A stretch of DNA of 34,992 nt, taken from IMG/VR virus record IMGVR_UViG_2663763256_000001. The stretch is one strand, 5' to 3'. Source of the DNA: a virus. Its lineage: Duplodnaviria; Heunggongvirae; Uroviricota; Caudoviricetes. Below are positions 1 through 8,955 of the stretch, piece after piece (the first letter of the stretch is position 1; the number at the start of each line of letters is the position of its first letter). Position numbers and translations under genes: made by a program. The notes beneath the pieces are model-generated. The model was not told the DNA's origin and made no database searches. It saw only the letters and a program-made list of their open reading frames with translations.

Positions 1-369
1 ACTGTTTCCGTTGACGAAGTTCACCGCATCCAGAAAACGGGCGTAAACCTTACGCCGGACCACCGTTCCGCCGACCAGACTCTGCAGATCTTCCGCCATC
101 CCGGTGACCATACCGTGCAGGTTAGAAACCGTCAGTGTCGGACGGGCAGCACTGCCCTTGCCGTTCAGTTCAAATCCTGTCCCCTGAATGGGGTATGCCT
201 GATACTGCCGCCCCTGCCAGGTAACCGGCTCACCTTTTTCGTTCTGCTCATTACAGAAAAAATAACGTTCACCACCGACCTCTGTCAGATCGATTTCCCA
301 GAGCACCACCTGGGCTGACTGAGTGAGGCGTGTCGTCTCATGATGTGTTTCCTGTGGAATATCCTGCAT
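1..369 (-). CDS. L: minor tail protein L, N-terminal part only (gene runs off the window start)
   Basis: Reverse complement of 331-369 gives ATG CAG GAT ATT CCA CAG GAA ACA = MQDIPQET, matching the recalled lambda gpL N-terminus (MQDIRQET). Frame is open to position 1. Sits directly after M, as in lambda. Confidence 0.8.
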   Translation of the reverse strand, partial: MQDIPQETHHETTRLTQSAQVVLWEIDLTEVGGERYFFCNEQNEKGEPVTWQGRQYQAYPIQGTGFELNGKGSAARPTLTVSNLHGMVTGMAEDLQSLVGGTVVRRKVYARFLDAVNFVNGNS

Positions 370-378
370 CAGAGCCTC

Positions 379-708
379 CTATGCCACGACCTGTTCAAAA
401 TCTGCCGTTATGGTTACCCACAGCGCCCCCACGCTTGCCGACCATTTACGACAAACCACCCTGATCGGTTTCCAGTCATAAGGTGGCGTCCACTGAAATG
501 CACGGACGCCACCGTGCCGTTCCAGAAAGGCTTTTAAAGATGGGTGTTCACATTTACGAACACGTATCGTCACGCTGTAAGTCGACAACTGGTTATTCAG
601 TCCCGCCGCACGACGCTGTTCATAACCATCGCCCAGCTTCACTGTCACCACTTTCGGCTCTGATACCACATTCATATCCGGGCGCACTTTCCAGTGAAAC
701 GTCTCCAT
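379..708 (-). CDS. M: minor tail protein M
   Basis: 109-aa ORF, same length as lambda gpM with similarity along the whole protein (METFHWKV... ends FEQVVA). Lies between H and L. Confidence 0.85.
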   Translation of the reverse strand: METFHWKVRPDMNVVSEPKVVTVKLGDGYEQRRAAGLNNQLSTYSVTIRVRKCEHPSLKAFLERHGGVRAFQWTPPYDWKPIRVVCRKWSASVGALWVTITADFEQVVA

Positions 709-3700
709 TACCGATATGCTCCACTTAACCGACCACCATCACGGGCCTGCTGTTGCATAAAGTCCGCTGCCGCTTTTTTCCCGAGGTCATAAACCGCCTT
801 CAGGGCAGCCGGACCTATCTGCCCGTTCGTGCCATCGTTATTGATCTCGATGTTGTACTGCGGGGAAAACATCGCCATACCTGAACCCCCAATATCCGCC
901 ACAACCCCCAGCTTACCGTCAGCACCACGACGCAGTGGCAGAATGGCTTCAGGTCCCGCTTCCCCCATCACACCCGCGCCTTTTGCAAAAGCAAAAAACG
1001 TCGGACGGTTAACCACCGTGCCACTGTAACGACTCAAATCAGCAGACTGATAAATCCCCCCATTGGCATTCAGGGAAAGGCTGCTGAGATCAAATCCCAG
1101 TACACTGCCAATCCCTTTTATCGATTTCATCATGGTTGCCTGCGCCAGGATTTTCGCCATATCTGACAGCACAGAAGAGGTGAAGGATTTGAAATTGAGT
1201 TTGCCGGTAGTGACAAAAGTTGCCAGGCCATTTCCCATGTTGCTGAAGGCTGACGAGAACACCTGTTCTGCTGTTTCTGCCGTATTATCTGCATCCACGG
1301 TAAAATCCTGAAATGCACGCAGGACTCCGTTTTTCCAGTTACCCTGCACAACTTCAAGCTGTTGCCAGTAACGGCGATTCTCATTCAGTTGTCGGTTCAG
1401 GCTCTCCGTCAGCGCCTGCTCGGCCTTTCTGTAGTCATCCGTGTTATATGTCCCTTTCTGCTCACTATCCCGCCTCAACTGCTCCAGCTGTTGCTGGTAT
1501 TTCTGGCGAAGACTCAGTTGTACCTGATATCGCTGTCGCTGCTGATCACCCATACCCACCGTGGCGATATCCAGGTCATGTTGCTGACGCTGAGCGCGCT
1601 CTTCTTCAGCCAGTTGACTGGTCAGCTGAATTGTTTTTTTCTTCAGCTCGTTGAGTGCCGTCTGTTTCTGAAGCTCCTGCTGTTTTACATCCAGCAGCGT
1701 CAGTGCCTGAATCAGTTCATCTTTACGGGCCAGCACACTCTTTTCATCTGCCGTCAGTTTTTTCCCGTCCAGGTCGCTGATGCGCTGCTGCAGAGCCAGA
1801 AGCTGTTTATGCGCTTCTGTCATCCTTTCCGTGGCAATGCCTGCTGACTGTCTGGCAGCAGCAATCTGTCCTTCCACCTGTGCCTGTTGCTGACTGTACT
1901 GCAGCAATAACCGGGTGGCCTCATCATTACGGGTTTCGCGTGTTTTTTTCTTACCGGATGCCAGGGCTTTCTCGTAACGTTCATTTTCACGTTGTATCGC
2001 CGCATCCCTGACAGCCTGATCGGCGTACTGCATGGCATTAATACGCGCAATTTCACGCTGATGTCGTGCAGCTTCCGTTTCATTCATCCGGTTCAGTGCA
2101 GCATTTTCAGCATTACGGCGTTTCTGTTGCTCCTGATAATTCCGCTCTGCCTGCTCTTTTGCATCCTGCAAATCCTTCTGGCGTTTTTTCTCCTGAAGAT
2201 CGTTAAGACGCTGCTGATCGTATTCAACCTGAGAAGATGATGCCGTCCAGGGGAGTCTTTTCGCCCGCGACACTTTCTCCTGTAAAGCGGCAATCTGTTC
2301 ATCCAGCGAGTCTTCACGACCAATATTCATGGCCGCATCCCAGAAACGACTCCATAAATCAGACAGATACTTCAGCGTACTGCCCAGCGCATTGAGGTTA
2401 TTATCAATATCCGCAGTACGCCGACCGGTTTCCTCTGCCAGTGCAGACATGGCTATCCGTGCAGCATCACTGGACCGCCCCTGATCCCCAAGGACGCGTA
2501 TCTGCTCAAGCTGAGTGGCAGTAAGAAAATGCAGCTCATTGTCCAGAGCCTTCGCGGCATTTACAGGATCATCCTTCAGCCGCTTAAACTGATTTATGGT
2601 ATCGCTGACCGACTGGCCAACCGATCGCTCCATCTGTGCGGCAGCTCTCGCCACCATACCGATATCGTTTCCACGAAATGCACCACTCCCCACCACCTGA
2701 GCCAGCGCACCGGCTGCAGCATGTTGCGTGATACCATTCCCGGAAATAGCACGACTGAGCGTCCACAGCTGCCCGGCAGTGACTCCGGCATAATGCCCCG
2801 TCAGTGACAGCTGGCGGTTAAATTCTTCCCCCTCCTTCTGACCGTCATACCAGGCTTTACCCAGACCATAGACGGCCGCGGCAATACCGCCAATAACCCC
2901 GCCCAGCATCATGCCTTTCGGTGACATCAGTGTGTCTATCCATCCGGCACGGTTAGCCAGCGTTATCCCGGATCCCCTCAGCGCTCCTAAATTGCCACGG
3001 GCCAGTTCACCTATCAGAACGCCTATCTCCTGGCGGGCTGCTGCACTTTTCAGACCCAGCGAATGCGTGGCTTTTCCTGCCTGCTCCATTTTGCGGATAT
3101 ACACTTCTGCAGCACTGCTTACCCCCAGCTGGGCTGCCCTGGCACGAAGCAACTCAGAAGATGAAAGATTCTGGCGGGTTGCCTGCTCTTTAAGCTGACG
3201 GATAAACGCCACTTTCTGTCGGGTAGCCTCTTCCTCAGCCTGTGTAAGAACACGGGTTTTCGCCGTAACCTCAGAAATCAGCGCCAGATAATCCTGCTGA
3301 CCAATCCCGCCACTGTTTCTGGTCTGTCGGATCTGCTGCTGAATACGCTGTAATTCCTGCAGCCCCGCACTGGCCTGTTTCACACTGTCAATCTGACGAT
3401 AAAACGCAGCAGCCGCTTTATCCTGAGCCTCCGCCAGAGCCATGGCCTGCGCCTGTTCCTCACGCATTTTCTGGCTCAGTGCCTCCATGCGCTGGCGGGT
3501 TTTCTCCACCTCGCGGGCCATGCGTTCATGAGCCTGTGCGTTCTTCTCCACCGTCTGCGCATGGACGGATGCGGCTGTTGCAGCCGAAGAAGCCGCCTGC
3601 GTTGTCTGCCGGGCGGCCTGAGTCTGACGCTCCATAAAACGCTGCATACGGGCAGAAGACCGTTCTGCATCGCTGGCTGCACCATTCAGAAGGTTTTTGA

Positions 3701-3803
3701 TACGGGGAATTTCATTTTTAAACTCTGCCGCATCAATCCCCAAATCAATGACCAGGTTGGCTATCTGGTCCATAACGCACACCTCCGGAAATACCTTCCC
3801 CAA
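708..3803 (-). CDS. H: tail tape measure protein (H-like)
   Basis: 1031-aa ORF with a long Ala/Gln/Glu-rich coiled-coil centre. C-terminus NDGTNGQIGPAALKAVYD matches the recalled lambda gpH C-terminus. True start may be the internal MDQIANLVIDLG, about 3773. Confidence 0.9.
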   Translation of the reverse strand: MGKVFPEVCVMDQIANLVIDLGIDAAEFKNEIPRIKNLLNGAASDAERSSARMQRFMERQTQAARQTTQAASSAATAASVHAQTVEKNAQAHERMAREVEKTRQRMEALSQKMREEQAQAMALAEAQDKAAAAFYRQIDSVKQASAGLQELQRIQQQIRQTRNSGGIGQQDYLALISEVTAKTRVLTQAEEEATRQKVAFIRQLKEQATRQNLSSSELLRARAAQLGVSSAAEVYIRKMEQAGKATHSLGLKSAAARQEIGVLIGELARGNLGALRGSGITLANRAGWIDTLMSPKGMMLGGVIGGIAAAVYGLGKAWYDGQKEGEEFNRQLSLTGHYAGVTAGQLWTLSRAISGNGITQHAAAGALAQVVGSGAFRGNDIGMVARAAAQMERSVGQSVSDTINQFKRLKDDPVNAAKALDNELHFLTATQLEQIRVLGDQGRSSDAARIAMSALAEETGRRTADIDNNLNALGSTLKYLSDLWSRFWDAAMNIGREDSLDEQIAALQEKVSRAKRLPWTASSSQVEYDQQRLNDLQEKKRQKDLQDAKEQAERNYQEQQKRRNAENAALNRMNETEAARHQREIARINAMQYADQAVRDAAIQRENERYEKALASGKKKTRETRNDEATRLLLQYSQQQAQVEGQIAAARQSAGIATERMTEAHKQLLALQQRISDLDGKKLTADEKSVLARKDELIQALTLLDVKQQELQKQTALNELKKKTIQLTSQLAEEERAQRQQHDLDIATVGMGDQQRQRYQVQLSLRQKYQQQLEQLRRDSEQKGTYNTDDYRKAEQALTESLNRQLNENRRYWQQLEVVQGNWKNGVLRAFQDFTVDADNTAETAEQVFSSAFSNMGNGLATFVTTGKLNFKSFTSSVLSDMAKILAQATMMKSIKGIGSVLGFDLSSLSLNANGGIYQSADLSRYSGTVVNRPTFFAFAKGAGVMGEAGPEAILPLRRGADGKLGVVADIGGSGMAMFSPQYNIEINNDGTNGQIGPAALKAVYDLGKKAAADFMQQQARDGGRLSGAYR

Positions 3804-4472
3804 GATGCATCAGTTCTTCGTCCGTTCGCTCCGGTATCCCGTTCTCTTCCGGTAAAAGGCTGAAATCAGCCACCGCAGCATCACTGCTGCCGGACACCAT
3901 TCTCACGATCAATGCCTTCAGCGAGGCAAACTGCGCATCCATCCACACATCACTGAAGCTCTGCATCCGGAAATAATCGCCCCACTCACCAAGCTCAGTG
4001 GCCGACATTTCCGACAGCATCCGCCGCCAGTCTGCCCGCCGGAACTCCCGGGCAAGCCGCATGACAAACTGCATTTCCCGCGTCAGGACTTTTCCGGCGT
4101 CAGCACCTCATGCTCCAAATCCCCGGCATTCTCAATGACTCCCATACCGCTCAGCGACAGAACCATCTCCGCCCCCGCTCCCAGGGCATCATACGACCAT
4201 GTTGTAATAACGGATGCGCAAAGCGTCTCAACATCCTGAGACTGTTCCGCATTCCACAGTGAGCGGGAAACCAGCCAGGCATTGATATCCATCCCCATCC
4301 GCAGAAAAGCAATCTGTCGTTCAGCCTCCGGCAGTTCTCCCTCTTCGGCATCAAACTTTGCCGTTCGCTGCTGAACAAACGCCAGATATTCAATTCTCTG
4401 CAGCCCGGACAGCTCACTGAGCACCACGGACTGTTTTTCATAATTAAACGTGTCCTGTTTCAGAAACATCAT
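3745..4472 (-). CDS. T: tail assembly chaperone G-T fusion, predicted to be made by -1 programmed frameshift near 4086-4107
   Basis: ORF 3745-4074 (FRRADWRRMLSEMS...) resembles lambda gpT. It is in the -1 frame relative to G, and that frame is open upstream only to a stop at 4108-4110. The G frame ends with TGA at 4083-4085. The join position is inferred. Confidence 0.6.
4083..4472 (-). CDS. G: tail assembly chaperone G
   Basis: 129-aa ORF MMFLKQDTFNYEKQSVVLSELSGLQRIEYLAF, similar to the lambda gpG N-terminus (MFLKTESFEH...LSELSALQRIEHLAL). AGGTG Shine-Dalgarno about 8 nt upstream of the ATG ATG start. Confidence 0.8.
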   Translation of the reverse strand: MMFLKQDTFNYEKQSVVLSELSGLQRIEYLAFVQQRTAKFDAEEGELPEAERQIAFLRMGMDINAWLVSRSLWNAEQSQDVETLCASVITTWSYDALGAGAEMVLSLSGMGVIENAGDLEHEVLTPEKS

Positions 4473-4485
4473 GTTCTACACCTGC

Positions 4486-4509
4486 AAAAAAGCCCCGGAT
4501 AACCGGGGC
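4486..4509 (-). terminator. intrinsic terminator/attenuator between V and G
   Basis: On the - strand: GCCCCGG-TTAT-CCGGGGC, a perfect 7-bp stem, followed by TTTTTTG. Confidence 0.6.
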
Positions 4510-4529
4510 AAATGATGAGTATCATCCTG

Positions 4530-5279
4530 TTAACCTGCGGCGCTGACAGCCACCGTAGCCACTGCCACAAAATCGCTGTCAGAAGTCATGCCCACAATGC
4601 TGACACTGCCCTGCTTCACGCCTTTCACCGTGGCCACAAGCCCGTTCAGGGTCACCGTGGCAGTCTGTGGATCTGTCGAATGCACACTGATCGCTTTGTC
4701 ACTGGCTCCGTCAGGTTTTACTGTAAAGGTCAGCGTGGTGGTTGCTCCCACTTTTACACTGGCAGATGCCGGTGCCACCGTCAGCCCGGTAACGCCCACG
4801 GTTTCAGTGCCTTCCTCTGCCAGATACGGACGCCCCACACCGCTGATTTTCACTGTGCGGGTCATCACGTCTTTTGAGGCAATGGTTTTACCCAGTGAGC
4901 TCAGCCAGCCACGGAAAACATCAACAGTGCCGTTGGGATATTTGATACGAAACGCGCAGACTTCACCGGAGTCGAACAACTGAACCAGTTTTTTCTGCCC
5001 GCTGTCACCCGGACGCCAGGCCAGCGTCGCCGAAGTATCACCGACGGATTTCTGCCCCTGGGTTGTCGTTTTCCAGTCTGCATCTTCATCATCGAGATAA
5101 GTGTCATCTTCTGCATCAGCGGTCATTTCGCCAGGTTGCAGATCCTTCACCATCGCAAGACGCAGCCAGTCAGTGTCCGATAAAGGGTTCGCAAACGCAT
5201 CGCCCTTGCCGGTGTACATCCAGAACGTCGTTCCCGCACCTTTCGTTTTTGCCAGTGGATTTGGTGTGGTCATTGCCAC
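4530..5279 (-). CDS. V: major tail protein V with C-terminal Ig-like domain
   Basis: 249 aa with strong similarity to recalled lambda gpV (KGAGTTFWMY, LDDEDADW, NGTVDVFRGW). Confidence 0.9.
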   Translation of the reverse strand: MAMTTPNPLAKTKGAGTTFWMYTGKGDAFANPLSDTDWLRLAMVKDLQPGEMTADAEDDTYLDDEDADWKTTTQGQKSVGDTSATLAWRPGDSGQKKLVQLFDSGEVCAFRIKYPNGTVDVFRGWLSSLGKTIASKDVMTRTVKISGVGRPYLAEEGTETVGVTGLTVAPASASVKVGATTTLTFTVKPDGASDKAISVHSTDPQTATVTLNGLVATVKGVKQGSVSIVGMTSDSDFVAVATVAVSAAG

Positions 5280-5284
5280 CTCCT

Positions 5285-5698
5285 TTAATTCGTGTACGTG
5301 ATCTGGTACGTGATTTCCGCCATCGCCCAGGTGGCCATCTCATTATCACGTTGATAGTTAAAACCGAGAGGGATCAGGGTGTCGATGAGTCCGGAAAGTG
5401 CCGGTATATCATTCAGGGCCGGGAAAATGGTGCTCTCCATCCACATATCCAGCGCTGAATCCGGTGCCTGTTCCCGGATGAAGACAGCAATATGCAGAAC
5501 AGCCTGCCAGTCATCTTCATCCGTCATTTTTCCGGTGTACTGAGCATCACTCAGCCACACCGCCACGGCAGGCAGTTCCTGCGCATCAATAAATGCCGGA
5601 AGCCCGTCAAAAAACGTGGCGCTGTCTCCACACTGTTCCCGAAGGCGTGCCAGTACGGCCTGGCGGATTTGTGTATGTCGGTTCATCGGGTCAGCCAT
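5285..5698 (-). CDS. U: tail terminator protein U
   Basis: Similar to lambda gpU (ATFFDG, PAVAVWL, DIPALS motifs). Start may be the ATG at 5686, which overlaps the Z stop as ATGA. Confidence 0.8.
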   Translation of the reverse strand: MADPMNRHTQIRQAVLARLREQCGDSATFFDGLPAFIDAQELPAVAVWLSDAQYTGKMTDEDDWQAVLHIAVFIREQAPDSALDMWMESTIFPALNDIPALSGLIDTLIPLGFNYQRDNEMATWAMAEITYQITYTN

Positions 5699-6261
5699 AA
5701 CCTCAGTTGTTGTTTCAGTGCATACCCCAGCTGTTTCGGCATTTCCGCAGCAATAATGCGGTCGCGGGCATCTTCAAATGCCTGTGTCAGCGGTCCGGAC
5801 AGCGGGACTTTCACCACATCAATGGGGTAACGATTTTTGCCATCAATACGCCGCATCACATGCCAGCGACCATTCGCCAGTTGCTGAATAAACGCATCCC
5901 GGAAAAGATATTTACCCACCTTCAGCACACTGCCACGGTACTGCAGTTTTCCACCACGCCGGGCCAGTCTGACCCGGGCTGTCCCCAGCTTAATAGCGGG
6001 CAGATTGCCCCGGTTAACGCGGATCCTGGCCGTCATTTTTCCTGACGGACTGGCTTTAAACACCCGGACACGCTGACGTACCAGTTTCAGGGGGATCCCT
6101 TTCACCTGGTTATCTCCCGCAACGGTATTCCCGGCAACCTGCCGGGTGGCGACCGAGACCGCTTTCTGTGCCACACGGTTTATCGCCCATGCGCTGGCCT
6201 GTGGCACCATACGGGTATCAAGGCTGTTCAGATTACGGATGGCATTCTCAAGCCCCTTCAT
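5683..6261 (-). CDS. Z: tail completion protein Z
   Basis: 192 aa, the same length as lambda gpZ, with an MKGLE N-terminus, in the Z position upstream of U. Confidence 0.75.
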   Translation of the reverse strand: MKGLENAIRNLNSLDTRMVPQASAWAINRVAQKAVSVATRQVAGNTVAGDNQVKGIPLKLVRQRVRVFKASPSGKMTARIRVNRGNLPAIKLGTARVRLARRGGKLQYRGSVLKVGKYLFRDAFIQQLANGRWHVMRRIDGKNRYPIDVVKVPLSGPLTQAFEDARDRIIAAEMPKQLGYALKQQLRLWLTR

Positions 6262-6272
6262 CCCACACCTCT

Positions 6273-6548
6273 TTACTCAATAAAGATCATTGGCTTACCG
6301 CTAAAACGTTCATGCCGTGTGACCGTCCATTGTTGTCCGTCATAAACAACGCGATCCCCGCGCCGTGGGCGGTATCCCGAAGAAAACACCACCAGAGATA
6401 CCGCAGGTCCGGACAGAGCATTCAGCTCTGCCAGTGTTTCTCCCGGGATCACAGTCATATCGGCATCATTAATCGAGGCTGTCTTTCCCATCTTTCTGAC
6501 CGTGATCGCATCCATACGCGCTGCCAGCCGGGAAAAGGGATCAGACAT
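6273..6548 (-). CDS. small head-tail joining candidate (FII-position protein)
   Basis: 91-aa ORF between the head genes and Z, overlapping the stop of the upstream gene. Function assigned by position only. Confidence 0.4.
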   Translation of the reverse strand: MSDPFSRLAARMDAITVRKMGKTASINDADMTVIPGETLAELNALSGPAVSLVVFSSGYRPRRGDRVVYDGQQWTVTRHERFSGKPMIFIE

Positions 6549-6864
6549 TGAGTTTTACCGGCACTTCTTCTGCACTGGTTCCGGCATCTGCCCAGACAAC
6601 CCCGACCAGCGGATCAGAGCCGCTGTTAGTCAGCTGAACTTTTCCGGACTTCAGATAAACCTTCTTACCCGTTTTCATGTCATCCGTTTTCAGCTTAGGC
6701 AGCATAAACACACCTTCGGTCATGCCGTCGCCTGTTTCACCCTGTGGAATATCGGTCAGCGCCACCGCAAAAACATCACCCACCTGCACCAGATCTCCGC
6801 TGCTGATGGCTGCACTGGCAACAATCGCCACCGTTTTTCCTTCTTCTACAAAATTCTTTGCCAT
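6541..6864 (-). CDS. DUF2190-like small head protein (possible decoration/cement protein)
   Basis: 107 aa starting MAKNFVEEGKTVAIVASAAISSGDLVQVGDVFAVA, with GGAGA Shine-Dalgarno 10 nt upstream. The track ORF extends to 6909 without an RBS. Directly downstream of the capsid gene. Confidence 0.5.
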   Translation of the reverse strand: MAKNFVEEGKTVAIVASAAISSGDLVQVGDVFAVALTDIPQGETGDGMTEGVFMLPKLKTDDMKTGKKVYLKSGKVQLTNSGSDPLVGVVWADAGTSAEEVPVKLNV

Positions 6865-6907
6865 AACTGTCTCCGCACAGCCCCGTTCAGGGGCTGATTT
6901 CAGGTAC

Positions 6908-6926
6908 AAAAAAAGCCCTTACGGGC
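6908..6926 (-). terminator. weak terminator-like hairpin after the capsid gene
   Basis: On the - strand: GCCC-GTAA-GGGC followed by TTTTTTT. Short stem, so likely a partial terminator. Confidence 0.4.
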
Positions 6927-6950
6927 CATCAGAGTTGTTGTCTGCGACGT

Positions 6951-8909
6951 TTACGCCGTACATTTCACCAGACCGCGGTGATCAACTGGCGCGACACCGG
7001 CGTCAATACGCACTTTCGTTGTCACGCCATCCACACTGAAGCCCTCCATCTGATCAATATATGGCGTATCCACACCGTTGAGATAAGCCACTTCAATCGT
7101 ATCGGAGCCTTTTGACGCAGCCAGGTAGAAGGTGGTCTGGCTGTTATCATCAAGACGAGGCTCTGCAATAACGGTCGCAAAATCTTTCACCGGGTTAATA
7201 ATACCGGCGTTAATGTCAGCCCCCTTGACACTTGAGGAGCGAATGACCTGGTTAGCAACAGACTCCATCGCCGTCGGTACCAGTACGAACGCAGGACGAA
7301 TATTCAGATGACGCTCCCCCTCTTTCTGAACGCGCATCAACTGGCGGGCTTTATCCAGCGATGCCACGTCCATTGCAGCGCTCTCCAGTACGTTTGCATG
7401 TTTCGCTTTATCGAACAGACTTACATTATCTGTGGAGATTTTCGGGTTAGACGTCAGAATGGCATAAACCAGATCGGCAATAGTGGATTTCGCCGCACGG
7501 CCCAGCTTCATCGGGACATCGGTCAGCATATTCAGATCATCATTGATAATGGCCTGACGGGTGATACTGAACAGCTCGCCATAGGTCGCCAGTGCAATAG
7601 TGGCCTGTTTATCTCCGGTGGTGACGTATTTATATTCCGCCCCTTCACGCACCTGACGCAGAGCACTGAAGCCCCCCATACCCACACGATGGGCAATTTT
7701 AAAATCAGACAACTGACCTTTCCGCGTCCACTGTTCATAGGTTTCAGGGGCATCTTCCCAGCCCTGCAGAATGGCTTTGTTCGCAACATCCAGCAGAATA
7801 TTACCGAAGTCAGACGTACTGTGTGTGAACGCCGCACCGACCATCTGCATCGGGTTATAACTGGAAACCCCAATACCCCGTTCAGTCAGTGACATACGGG
7901 CATATTCACGCAGGGTCATCCCGTTGTAGACATTATCACGTTCGGTTTTTTCAAATCCGGCACGCGCCATCAGCGCCTGGCGGATCCCGTCCCCCACAAA
8001 ATTACCGTTACCGGCATAAATATGAGCCGGTGTATTTTTATTGGATGGCGTGGACTCGCGCCCCATCTCGTTCAACAGCTTTTCGCGGGCCTGCTCCAGC
8101 GAACATTCAGGATCGGCAAGACACTGAGCCTGCAGCGTCTGATAACGCCCGCCAAACATGGCAAACAGATCATTAATACCGTTTACACGCGCTTTTTGCT
8201 CTGCCAGTACCTGCGCACGGATACTGTTTTCATCCACCACGGGTGCTGCTGCCTGCACTGGCGTCCGGGAGGCTGCAGGTTCATCATCCTGTACGCGTGG
8301 AGCACTGTTGCGTGGCGGAGTAATCATGTTTCGAATGGATTCCGGCATCTTTTTAAATTCCTCTGTACGTTTTGACTGAATACATGCCATTGCCTTAACG
8401 GCTGGCGTCACCTGATCAGCAAATCCATGTGCCAGACATTCGGCACCGGACATCCAGGTCTCATCCGCCAGCATGGCAGCAATTTCATCGGTGGTTTTCC
8501 CGGTTTTCTGTGCATAAGCGGGTAACAGAACCGCCTCAACCTTATCGAGCAGGTCGGCATAGGTGCGCATGTCCTCCGCATCACCGCCCGTAAAGCCAAA
8601 TGGTTTATGAATCATCATGAAGGTGTTTTCCGGCATAATGACCGGGTTTCCCACCATCGCAATGACCGACGCCATTGACGCCGCCACACCGTCGACATAA
8701 ACGGTAATGGACGCACCATGTGTTTTCAGTGCATTAAAAATGGCGATGCCTTCAAAGACATCGCCACCCGGTGAATTGATATGGAGATTAATGTGGGTGA
8801 TATCGCCCAGTGCATTCAGATCACTGATAAACTGCTTCGCTGTAACACCCCAGAAACCAATCTCGTCATAAATATAAATATCCGCGTCACTCTGGTGACC
8901 AGCCTGCAT
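6951..8909 (-). CDS. prohead protease (ClpP/S49-like) fused to HK97-fold major capsid protein
   Basis: N-terminal part has ClpP-like motifs (INSPGGDVFEGIAIFNALK; MASVIAMVG). C-terminal ~300 aa resembles Phage_capsid family proteins. Start moved to the ATG at 8909 (MQAGHQSDADIYIYD), downstream of the portal stop; the track ORF runs to 9170. Confidence 0.75.
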   Translation of the reverse strand: MQAGHQSDADIYIYDEIGFWGVTAKQFISDLNALGDITHINLHINSPGGDVFEGIAIFNALKTHGASITVYVDGVAASMASVIAMVGNPVIMPENTFMMIHKPFGFTGGDAEDMRTYADLLDKVEAVLLPAYAQKTGKTTDEIAAMLADETWMSGAECLAHGFADQVTPAVKAMACIQSKRTEEFKKMPESIRNMITPPRNSAPRVQDDEPAASRTPVQAAAPVVDENSIRAQVLAEQKARVNGINDLFAMFGGRYQTLQAQCLADPECSLEQAREKLLNEMGRESTPSNKNTPAHIYAGNGNFVGDGIRQALMARAGFEKTERDNVYNGMTLREYARMSLTERGIGVSSYNPMQMVGAAFTHSTSDFGNILLDVANKAILQGWEDAPETYEQWTRKGQLSDFKIAHRVGMGGFSALRQVREGAEYKYVTTGDKQATIALATYGELFSITRQAIINDDLNMLTDVPMKLGRAAKSTIADLVYAILTSNPKISTDNVSLFDKAKHANVLESAAMDVASLDKARQLMRVQKEGERHLNIRPAFVLVPTAMESVANQVIRSSSVKGADINAGIINPVKDFATVIAEPRLDDNSQTTFYLAASKGSDTIEVAYLNGVDTPYIDQMEGFSVDGVTTKVRIDAGVAPVDHRGLVKCTA

Positions 8910-8955
8910 CCTGAACCAGGAATTATTCTTCGGACTGGTCGTCGGTGTGCTGCGG

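Noticed and set aside
1362-1847. Several + strand track ORFs of 60-160 aa inside the tape measure gene (708-3803)
   Set aside because: They are antisense to a well-supported 1031-aa gene and show the repetitive low-complexity composition expected of the reverse frame of a coiled-coil gene.
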